A stretch of 32,000 nt of DNA, from the NCBI GenBank assembly GCA_963704705.1, contig OY969931.1, positions 720,001 through 752,000 of the forward strand, in the 5' to 3' direction. This document shows, piece by piece, positions 25,792 through 32,000 of the stretch. The translations under genes were made by a program, and so were the position numbers. Positions within the stretch are counted from its first letter, which is position 1. Each line of letters starts with the position of its first letter. The notes under the pieces are model-generated. The model was not told the origin of the DNA. It ran no database searches and was given only the letters and a program-made list of their open reading frames with translations. Source of the DNA: an uncultured bacterium. GTDB lineage: Bacteria; Patescibacteriota; Gracilibacteria; UBA1369; PNNO01.

Positions 25792-26000
25792 AAAAAAAGC
25801 CTTTCCGGGCTCAAGGACGTAACCCTTTCGGGTCCGCGGTACCACCTTGATTCCTATAAAGGCACTTAATTCGATTTTTTTACGAAGTTTTCTCTTCGGG
25901 GAATTCTACTTGGCTTAAATTATAAGATTAAGCGGTTCTTTTCCCTGCGCGGCCGATTGGCTCTTAAAGAGTGATATCTCTTTAATTAGTCTGCGCATTT
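25792..26000 (-). promoter_or_regulatory. T-box leader (tRNA-sensing riboswitch) of ileS
   Basis: The reverse complement of 25834..25846 is GGTGGTACCGCGG, preceded by AATCAA. This is the hallmark T-box sequence, and it sits on the correct strand upstream of an aminoacyl-tRNA synthetase gene. It is followed by short hairpins and a U7 tract (25792..25798). The 5' boundary is approximate. Confidence 0.8.
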
Positions 26001-26052
26001 GCCGTACATTTCGTACAATCTAAGAATAACATTTTTTCTTAAAAAAGCAAGG

Positions 26053-26541
26053 TCAATTCAACGAAATCCAATATCTGCAAACTTCATTCTCAATTTCTTT
26101 AAGTTCACCCCCACATGCTTCAATCATTTTTTTGGAAGGAATATTGTTAACATTACAAGTAAGTAAAACCTTATTCAATCCTACTTCATGTGCTTTTTGC
26201 AGGGCAAGTTTCATCGCTTCTTTACCTAAACCCATTCCCCTTTTTGAAGGTCTTATATCAATTCCTATATTACCGCCGACCTTCTCTAGTTCTTGTGTTA
26301 ATTTATGCCTGATTGAAACACGGCCGATATATTCATCGTTTTCTACAATCCAAAAAGTAGACTCCGGAACAAAACCATTTATCAATGGAGCACCTTTAAT
26401 ATAATTATTAATTTTTTCTACATATTTTTCAAAATCTTTTTCTAACTCAAAACGTTTAAAAAGCCCTTGAGCTTCAGGTTCGTTTATCGCTTTTAAAAAA
26501 CTTTCTTTATATTTAACCGAAGGCTTAACAAGTCTGATCAT
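26053..26541 (-). CDS. GNAT-family N-acetyltransferase
   Basis: The protein is 162 aa. The acetyl-CoA-binding segment RPSKRGMGLGKEAMKLALQKA (R-x-x-G-x-G/A type) is followed by NIPSKKMIEACGG. The start directly abuts the purB stop (TAAATG). Confidence 0.8.
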   Translation of the reverse strand: MIRLVKPSVKYKESFLKAINEPEAQGLFKRFELEKDFEKYVEKINNYIKGAPLINGFVPESTFWIVENDEYIGRVSIRHKLTQELEKVGGNIGIDIRPSKRGMGLGKEAMKLALQKAHEVGLNKVLLTCNVNNIPSKKMIEACGGELKEIENEVCRYWISLN

Positions 26542-27906
26542 TTATTTATAATCATCAACTAGTTTAACTGCAATTCCAATATATTTTTCAGGTGTAAGTT
26601 TTTTAAGTCTTGCAATTTCAGTTTTTGGCAATCCGGATTTATTTAAAAACTTTGTAATTTCAGTTTTTGTTATATCTTTGCCTCTTGTTAATTCTTTTAA
26701 TTTTTCATATGGATTATCAAGTTTATAGCGTCGCATAACTGTTTGGATTGGCTCTGCAAGAACTTCCCATGAATTATTCAAATCTTCTTTTAATGCTTTT
26801 AAGTTAAGCTGCAGTTTGCCAAGACCTTTAATAGCACTTCTGTAAGCCAGCATGCTGTAGCCAAAAGCTACTCCAACATTCCTTAAAACAGTTGAATCAG
26901 TAAGATCTCTTTGCATCCTTGCGATTGGTAATTTTGCTGAAAAATGCTCAAACATAGCATTTGCCATTCCAAGATTTCCTTCTGAATTTTCAAAATCAAT
27001 CGGGTTAACCTTGTGCGGCATCGCAGATGAACCGATTTCACCTTTAACGGTTTGCTGTTTAAAGTATCCAAGTGAAATATAAGTCCAGACATCACGGTTA
27101 AAATCAATTAAAATAGTATTTATTCGTTTCATTGCGTCAAAAAGTTCTGCCATATAATCATGACATTCAATTTGTGTTGAATAAGAAGCAAATTCAAGGC
27201 CGAGAGATTCAATGAATTTGCTATTCGCTTCAGGCCAGTCAACTTTTGGATAAGCTACGCTGTGAGCATTATAGTTACCTACTGCTCCGTTGAATTTTGC
27301 GCGAATTCTTACCATCATTAAAGATCCGAGCTGTTTATTTAAACGATCAACAACATTTATAAATTCTTTTCCCATGGTTGTAGGGCTTGCGGGCTGACCG
27401 TGTGTTCGAGAAAGCATTGGAGCAGCTTTATATTTAATCGCAAGTTGACCTATTTTTGAAATTACTCCAGTTAACATTGGAACCATTTCATCATCAACAG
27501 ATGACTGAAGCATTAAAGCGTAAGCAGTGTTATTAATATCTTCGGAAGTACAGGCAAAATGAATAAATTCAAAATACTTTTCAAGTCCGCTGCCTTTCAT
27601 TGTTTCTTTTATGTAATATTCAACAGCTTTAACATCATGATTTGTTGTTTTTTCAATATCTTTAATTCTTTGTGCAGCAACCAAATCAAAAGTATTGTAA
27701 AGTTCTCTCAAATCATTGATCTGAGAAGGGGTAAGTACTTTTGTACCTGACAATTTTAGCTTATTGCAAAGGAAAATAAACCATTCAACTTCAACAATAA
27801 TTCTGTATCTTTGAAGACCTGCTTCGCTGAATTGACCGCGAAGTTCATCTACTTTTTCATAATATCTTCCATCAAGTGGAGAAAGTGCAAATAAAGGATC
27901 TAACAT
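26542..27906 (-). CDS. purB: Adenylosuccinate lyase
   Basis: The protein is 454 aa and starts LSPLDGRYYEKVDELRGQFSEAGLQRYRIIVEVEWF. It carries the fumarate-lyase signature GSSAMPHKVNP. Confidence 0.96.
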   Translation of the reverse strand: MLDPLFALSPLDGRYYEKVDELRGQFSEAGLQRYRIIVEVEWFIFLCNKLKLSGTKVLTPSQINDLRELYNTFDLVAAQRIKDIEKTTNHDVKAVEYYIKETMKGSGLEKYFEFIHFACTSEDINNTAYALMLQSSVDDEMVPMLTGVISKIGQLAIKYKAAPMLSRTHGQPASPTTMGKEFINVVDRLNKQLGSLMMVRIRAKFNGAVGNYNAHSVAYPKVDWPEANSKFIESLGLEFASYSTQIECHDYMAELFDAMKRINTILIDFNRDVWTYISLGYFKQQTVKGEIGSSAMPHKVNPIDFENSEGNLGMANAMFEHFSAKLPIARMQRDLTDSTVLRNVGVAFGYSMLAYRSAIKGLGKLQLNLKALKEDLNNSWEVLAEPIQTVMRRYKLDNPYEKLKELTRGKDITKTEITKFLNKSGLPKTEIARLKKLTPEKYIGIAVKLVDDYK

Positions 27907-27910
27907 AATA

Positions 27911-28360
27911 TTAAAATTTAGATTTTATAGATTTGATATGTTCTTTAACTTTTTCCAAAAGTTCTTTGTCGGTATTGGCAAGAATTCTGATTGCAGCCAT
28001 TGCCGCGTTTTGCGGATCAACAACTGTTAATACAGGCGTATCACTTGGCATCATCAAAGAAGAATTAACATTAACTGTTAAATCGTCTTTGTCAGCAAAC
28101 GGCGGACATGCAATTACAGGATGAACTGAATTTGCAGCACAAACACCGGATAAACCATTTGATCTGCCGGCAATTGTTATGTAGCAAATAGGCTCAATAT
28201 CACCATTATAATCAGTAACTATATCCAAAACCTTTTCAGGAACTTTATGTGCAGATGCAACTCTAATATCATAAGGTACTTTCCATTCATCCAGAATTTT
28301 AGTGATTTTTTCTGCAAATTGTTTATCTGATTCAGAACCTAGAATTATTGGAACTAACAT
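27911..28360 (-). CDS. purE: PurE, class II type (AIR carboxylase)
   Basis: The protein is 149 aa with LGSESD...RVASAHKVPE...IAGRSNGLSGV...PVIACPP. The SAHK and AGRSNGL motifs match class II PurE (as in the animal PAICS PurE domain) rather than class I (SAHR, AGGAAHLPG). Confidence 0.88.
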   Translation of the reverse strand: MLVPIILGSESDKQFAEKITKILDEWKVPYDIRVASAHKVPEKVLDIVTDYNGDIEPICYITIAGRSNGLSGVCAANSVHPVIACPPFADKDDLTVNVNSSLMMPSDTPVLTVVDPQNAAMAAIRILANTDKELLEKVKEHIKSIKSKF

Positions 28361-28371
28361 AATTAATAGGG

Positions 28372-29340
28372 TTATTGCATATATTTTTTTAGATTTTCTT
28401 CAAGACGCGGAAGTACAGGACCAACCTGAGCTTCAAATTTTTGACCGGTAATTAATTCATAAGCTTCAATATATCTTCGCGCTGCTTCAACTCTAACATC
28501 ATCCGGTACCTGTGGCACTTCTCCTTCACCAATAAAGCCTTTGTTTGCAAGCCATTCCCTAACATATTCTTTGTCGATTTTCTTTTGTTCTTCGCCAGAC
28601 TCAAACCTTTTTTGATATTCATCAGCAAACCAGAATCTTGAAGAATCAGGAGTGTGAATTTCATCAATTAAAATAATTTTACCTTCAGGAGTTTTTCCGA
28701 ATTCATATTTGGTATCAACAAGGATAATCCCCTGTTTTGCAGCAATCTCAACTCCTCTTTCAAATAATTTCATTGCTACGTCAGCCATATAATCAAAATC
28801 TTCAGCAGTAATTTTACCTTCAGCCAAAATCTCTTCGCGAGAAGCGGAAACATCGTGGTCGTCATGAGCTGCTTTAGTTGATGGAGTTAAAATTGGTTTA
28901 TCAAATTTCTGATTTTTCTTTAAACCTTCAGGGAGCTCATTCCCGCAGAAATTCCTAACGCCTTTTTCATAATTGTACCAGGCAGATGTTGTTGTAACAC
29001 CCGTAATATACCCTCTAACAACCATTTCAACGGGCATTGCAGAGCACTGCTTTACAACGATTGCATTTGGATCAGGTACTTCAATTGTATGATTTCCAAC
29101 AATATCTTTTGTTTTATCGAACCAAAAAGCAGCCATTTGATTTAAAACCTGACCTTTAAAAGGGATAGTAGTAATAATTTTATCAAAAGCTGACAAACGA
29201 TCCGAAATTACAATAATCCTGCGATCGCCTAAAGTATAATTATCGCGAACTTTACCAATATATTCTTCACCTAAATTTTCAAAATGCACTCCCTGCAGAC
29301 AATTCGGGAGTTGACTTGTTATTTCTTCGATAGAAAACAT
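28372..29340 (-). CDS. purC: SAICAR synthetase (long form, ~320 aa)
   Basis: The sequence GKVRDNYTLGDRRIIVISDRLSAFD...VVRGYITG...LVDTKYEFG is a typical PurC core. Its length and N-terminus resemble the long Ade1-like form. Confidence 0.92.
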   Translation of the reverse strand: MFSIEEITSQLPNCLQGVHFENLGEEYIGKVRDNYTLGDRRIIVISDRLSAFDKIITTIPFKGQVLNQMAAFWFDKTKDIVGNHTIEVPDPNAIVVKQCSAMPVEMVVRGYITGVTTTSAWYNYEKGVRNFCGNELPEGLKKNQKFDKPILTPSTKAAHDDHDVSASREEILAEGKITAEDFDYMADVAMKLFERGVEIAAKQGIILVDTKYEFGKTPEGKIILIDEIHTPDSSRFWFADEYQKRFESGEEQKKIDKEYVREWLANKGFIGEGEVPQVPDDVRVEAARRYIEAYELITGQKFEAQVGPVLPRLEENLKKYMQ

Positions 29341-29395
29341 GATTGTAAAGTTAGTGTGATTTTATGCTATACGAATTAGCCCCAGTGATCAATAG

Positions 29396-29424
29396 TTAGT
29401 ATAGGGCCTGTGGAAATTTTTCAA
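29396..29424 (-). promoter_or_regulatory. Candidate purC-operon promoter (TTGAAA - 17 nt - TACTAA)
   Basis: On the minus strand the -35 TTGAAA is at 29419..29424, followed by a 17-nt spacer and the -10 TACTAA at 29396..29401. It lies about 55 nt upstream of the purC ATG. Support is sequence pattern only. Confidence 0.35.
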
Positions 29425-29661
29425 CTTGACGATTTTTAAGGATTTTCGAATTACCGGTTTATTTGTAGTGAGATTTGCGGAGTTGTAATTTGATGAAATC
29501 AGATTTGGTTTTGCTTGGATTTTTGTGTGTTATGGCGATTTTGCAGGCTTTGGATAGAATCTGATGGCGAGTCTGGTTCGGGAGTCGACAAAATGTTGCA
29601 TAATCGCTTATTTGAGCCATTTTTGGATTGTTTGGGATTGATGTTTTTGATAAAATTTTGG

Positions 29662-29671
29662 TACTTAACCA
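29662..29671. repeat. Left copy of a 10-bp direct repeat, TACTTAACCA
   Basis: This is a perfect 10-mer ending 8 nt before the HNH ATG. An identical copy lies at 30465..30474. Confidence 0.9.
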
Positions 29672-29679
29672 ATAAATAT

Positions 29680-30459
29680 ATGACTGATAAAGAATTATAT
29701 AAACTCTGCCAGGAGTATGGAGCAAAAGCCCGCAAATGGAAAAATAAATTTATTGCTTTGCTTCCCGAAGTTGCAAAACGAGGACTTCATAAAAAGAAAG
29801 GGTTTGAATCAATATATGAATTCGCAGCAAAAGTGGGTGGTGTTGCCTATTCCTCAGTTGAAGCTGTTTTAAGGTTGGATAAAAAACTTGAAGACAAACC
29901 AAAACTTAAACAAATGATTGAAAAAGTAGGCGTGAATAAAGTAAGAGTGGTTGCTAATCTGGACAAAAAAGAAGAGGAACTGATTGAAAAAGTACAAACA
30001 TTAACAAAACCAGCACTCGAATTGTTTGCAAAAGAAGAACGGGGGATCCGTCCCGGGACGGAAATGAAAATTTTGAGTTTTCATGTAGATGAAAAGGTTG
30101 AACTTGAATTACGAAAACTCAAAGGCAAAGGAGAAACATTCAATGATGTCATGAAAAAACTTCTTGCGAATATGCCGAAAGAAAAAGAGATAAGGCCGCG
30201 AAAAACAAAGCCATCAAAATCCAGACCAACCCCTGCACAAAAACGTCGCGAAGCTTTGGCCAAAACAAATGGCAAATGCTCTGTTCCCGGCTGCAATAAG
30301 CCGGCCGAAGAAATCCATCATCCAAAACCATGGGCGATCTTCCACAAACACGATGAGCTCGAACCGCTTTGCAAAGCCCATCATGAGCTTGAGCATCAGG
30401 TAGACAATGTGATCGATAAAAAATTTCGGGCTTACAAAATGCAAACTGCGCTGTTTTGA
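29680..30459 (+). CDS. Free-standing HNH endonuclease (helical N-terminal domain plus C-terminal HNH)
   Basis: The C-terminus CSVPGCNKPAEEIHHPKPWAIFHKHDELEPLCKAHHELEH is an HNH/His-Me finger. The N-terminal MTDKELYKLCQEYG...GFESIYEFAAKVGGVAYSSVEAVLRL resembles DUF222-type HNH proteins (from memory). I chose the ATG at 29680. An alternative ATG at 29593 has a GGAG 8 nt upstream. Confidence 0.8.
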   Translation: MTDKELYKLCQEYGAKARKWKNKFIALLPEVAKRGLHKKKGFESIYEFAAKVGGVAYSSVEAVLRLDKKLEDKPKLKQMIEKVGVNKVRVVANLDKKEEELIEKVQTLTKPALELFAKEERGIRPGTEMKILSFHVDEKVELELRKLKGKGETFNDVMKKLLANMPKEKEIRPRKTKPSKSRPTPAQKRREALAKTNGKCSVPGCNKPAEEIHHPKPWAIFHKHDELEPLCKAHHELEHQVDNVIDKKFRAYKMQTALF

Positions 30460-30464
30460 ATATT

Positions 30465-30474
30465 TACTTAACCA
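30465..30474. repeat. Right copy of the 10-bp direct repeat, TACTTAACCA
   Basis: This is a perfect 10-mer starting 6 nt after the HNH stop codon. Confidence 0.9.
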
Positions 30475-30516
30475 GCTTATTTCATATATACTGCCACTGC
30501 TTTAACTTTTTTAAAC

Positions 30517-31824
30517 ATGAATAACACAAAACTTTCGCAGGCGCAGGTTTCGGCTGTACTGGGTACTCAATGGGGTGATGAAGGAAAAGGAAAGCTTGTT
30601 GATATTTTGGCGGAAAAAGCTGATTTAATAATTAGGGCAGCAGGAGGAGCAAATGCAGGACATACAATCTATGTTCCTAAAAAAAACAATCCCGAAGAAA
30701 CAACCAAATTTATTTTTCATTTAATTCCAAGTGGGTGTTTTCATGAAAATAAAGAAATAGTTTTAGGAAATGGCTTGGTGATTCATTTGGGAACTTTAAT
30801 GGAAGAACTCGATACATTAAAAGATCATGGTATAGATTTGAACGGTAAATTATTTATTTCTGACCGTGCTCATATTGTTTTTGAATATCATAAAAAAATC
30901 GACGGACTTGAGGAAGAAAGAAAAGGAGATAAAAAAGTTGGTACAACATTACGAGGTATAGGGCCGGCTTATCAGGATAAAATTGCAAGACGCGGCGTAA
31001 GAATAGGAGAACTCCTTGAATTCGACAAATTTAGCGAGCATGTAAGATCAACATTTATCCAACTTCAAAGAATGTACCCTGATTTAAAACACGATGTTGA
31101 AAAAGAACTTGAAGATATACGAAAAATGCTCGGATTTTTAAGGCCGTTTATTGCTGATACGGCACTTTTTGTAAATACCGCAATTGATTCAGGTAAAAAA
31201 GTTTTGGTTGAAGGAGCGAACGGTACTCATCTTGATATTGATCACGGAACTTATCCGTTTGTTACTTCTTCTAACCCAACCGGAGGCGGCTTACATACCG
31301 GTACTGGAATCGGACTAAATAAAATCACGGATGTTATAGGAATTATGAAGGCTTATTTAACAAGGGTTGGTGAAGGTGTGTTCCCTACTGAACTTGACAA
31401 TGAACTAGGTGAAACAATCAGAGAAAAAGGCGGCGAATATGGTGCAACAACAGGCAGACCGCGAAGATGCGGATGGTTTGATGCGGTTGTAGGAAGATAC
31501 TCTGTAATGATAAACGGATTAACAGCTGTTAATTTAACTAAGCTAGATGTTCTTGATGAACTCCCGCATATAAAATTATGTACGGGCTACAAATATAAAG
31601 GAAAACAAATGAAGTCTATGCCTTCAACTATTGATGCGTACGCTGATTTGGAGCTTGAATATATTGAAATGGACGGATGGAATCAAGATACGAGCAAAGC
31701 ACAAACCTTTGAAGAACTCCCGGAAAACGCACAAAAATACGTATTAAAAATTGAAGAGCTTATTGGCTGCCCTATTAAATACATTGGAATTGGAATGAGA
31801 AGAGATCAAATGATCTACAGATAA
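30517..31824 (+). CDS. purA: Adenylosuccinate synthetase
   Basis: The protein carries GTQWGDEGKGKLVD (P-loop), GGANAGHT and GTTLRGIGPAY. It is 435 aa. Confidence 0.97.
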   Translation: MNNTKLSQAQVSAVLGTQWGDEGKGKLVDILAEKADLIIRAAGGANAGHTIYVPKKNNPEETTKFIFHLIPSGCFHENKEIVLGNGLVIHLGTLMEELDTLKDHGIDLNGKLFISDRAHIVFEYHKKIDGLEEERKGDKKVGTTLRGIGPAYQDKIARRGVRIGELLEFDKFSEHVRSTFIQLQRMYPDLKHDVEKELEDIRKMLGFLRPFIADTALFVNTAIDSGKKVLVEGANGTHLDIDHGTYPFVTSSNPTGGGLHTGTGIGLNKITDVIGIMKAYLTRVGEGVFPTELDNELGETIREKGGEYGATTGRPRRCGWFDAVVGRYSVMINGLTAVNLTKLDVLDELPHIKLCTGYKYKGKQMKSMPSTIDAYADLELEYIEMDGWNQDTSKAQTFEELPENAQKYVLKIEELIGCPIKYIGIGMRRDQMIYR

Positions 31825-31825
31825 A

Positions 31826-31999
31826 CTACGCCCCAAGCTGATCAAGATTCTGCTGAAATCTGTCACCAAATTTTTGAGTTGTTCTCATTACTGACTTGAA
31901 GTCGCTATAACCTCTGCGTTTTTGCCAGTCAGTAGGATGTAAGTGATTATCAAAATAATCTCTCATTTCAGATTCTGTTTCAGGTAATGGGATTCCATC
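31826..31999 (-). CDS. 3' end of a hypothetical gene continuing beyond the window
   Basis: An open frame on the minus strand runs from the window edge to the TAG at 31826..31828. It translates to DGIPLPETESEMRDYFDNHLHPTDWQKRRGYSDFKSVMRTTQKFGDRFQQNLDQLGA*. It is absent from the ORF track because its start lies outside the window. Function is unknown. Confidence 0.45.
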   Translation of the reverse strand, partial: DGIPLPETESEMRDYFDNHLHPTDWQKRRGYSDFKSVMRTTQKFGDRFQQNLDQLGA

Positions 32000-32000
32000 T

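Larger units (their letters stand above)
29662..30474 (+). mobile_element. Putative minimal HNH homing-endonuclease gene cassette bounded by direct repeats
   Basis: A single HNH ORF is bracketed tightly by identical 10-bp repeats and is inserted between the divergently transcribed purC and purA genes. I see no transposase or inverted repeats. Confidence 0.4.

Noticed and set aside
26030-26052. CTTTTTT-AAG-AAAAAA palindrome after the GNAT stop as a terminator
   Set aside because: The stem is pure A/T with negligible predicted stability, so I do not consider it supportable.
14319-28667. Other short ORFs nested in large genes (14319..14570, 16959..17249, 19706..19978, 21394..21624, 22518..22899, 24184..24653, 26132..26404, 26883..27107, 27559..27750, 27933..28124, 28452..28667; also 3995..4252, 6893..7084, 30081..30444)
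   Set aside because: Each lies wholly within, and mostly antisense to, a confidently identified gene. None has a recognisable motif, so I treat them as frame shadows.
29341-29679. Purine or ZTP riboswitch in the pur intergenic region
   Set aside because: I found no purine-riboswitch J2/3 or L3 sequences (UUUCUACC, CCGUAAAUG). The stretch TGATGGCGAGTCTGGTTCGGGAGTC weakly recalls the ZTP 5' sub-domain, but the obligatory CCGCCUGGGC 3' sub-domain is absent.
29459-29735. Two minus-strand ORFs (88 and 78 aa) and the N-terminal extension of the HNH ORF (29515..29679, TTG start)
   Set aside because: The three overlap one another in a compositionally skewed non-coding stretch and give low-complexity, Cys/Trp/Phe-rich or basic translations with no recognisable features. 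The direct repeat at 29662..29671 and the homologue-like N-terminus MTDKELYKL favour the start at 29680. The ATG at 29593, which has a GGAG 8 nt upstream, remains a minor alternative.
29341-30459. IscB/IsrB-like RNA-guided nuclease with an upstream omega-RNA
   Set aside because: The protein is only ~260 aa and has an HNH motif but no RuvC segments. The direct repeats place the upstream non-coding region outside the cassette.
1-32000. Alternative genetic code (UGA reassignment, as in some reduced-genome lineages or Mollicutes)
   Set aside because: Long conserved genes are uninterrupted under the standard code. TGA terminates several well-defined genes at the expected protein ends (ribE, the WecB-family gene, the GNAT gene, the HNH gene).
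1-32000. CRISPR arrays, tRNA/rRNA/tmRNA genes, transposases, integrases, prophage blocks
   Set aside because: No spaced direct-repeat arrays were seen, and no tRNA-like T-arm/acceptor patterns appear in the few intergenic regions. GGTTCGGGAGTC at ~29575 lacks complementary stems. No ORF has recombinase motifs.

Overview
This is a visibly AT-rich, very gene-dense bacterial chromosomal segment that reads cleanly with the standard bacterial code; TGA is used as a stop, for example in ribE, the WecB-family gene and the HNH gene. I can support about 33 protein-coding genes (two cut by the window edges), one T-box leader RNA, a few promoters, one terminator and some small repeats. I see no rRNA, tRNA, CRISPR array, transposase or integrase. 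Most genes are housekeeping genes packed into functionally mixed, often overlapping operons: gatB, coaE, fmt, ssb, ribE-ribH, pgk, ridA, ruvX, rplI, secG, ileS, and a partial purine block (purC-purE-purB plus a GNAT gene on the minus strand, purA on the plus strand). Interspersed are envelope genes (a WecB/TagA-family glycosyltransferase, a GT2 glycosyltransferase, an O-antigen-ligase-like membrane protein), two orphan substrate-binding proteins, a DUF360/holin-4-like membrane protein and several short unknown proteins. The patchwork operons, partial pathways and orphan binding proteins fit a reduced-genome lineage such as Patescibacteria/CPR, but that is inference only. I did not find a clear multi-gene novel system such as a defence island. 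The strongest candidates for follow-up are: (1) a threonine-synthase-like PLP enzyme fused to a LeuA-type allosteric domain, sitting directly behind ridA; (2) an orphan membrane-anchored TraD/VirD4-like ATPase with a large unrecognisable N-terminal half; (3) a T-box leader for a type-2 ileS followed by two related GC-rich hairpins before the start codon; (4) a free-standing HNH endonuclease gene bracketed by a perfect 10-bp direct repeat, splitting the purC/purA divergent region; (5) a class II (PurK-independent) PurE; and (6) a small membrane-anchored protein carrying an RNxxxH (HEPN-like) motif.
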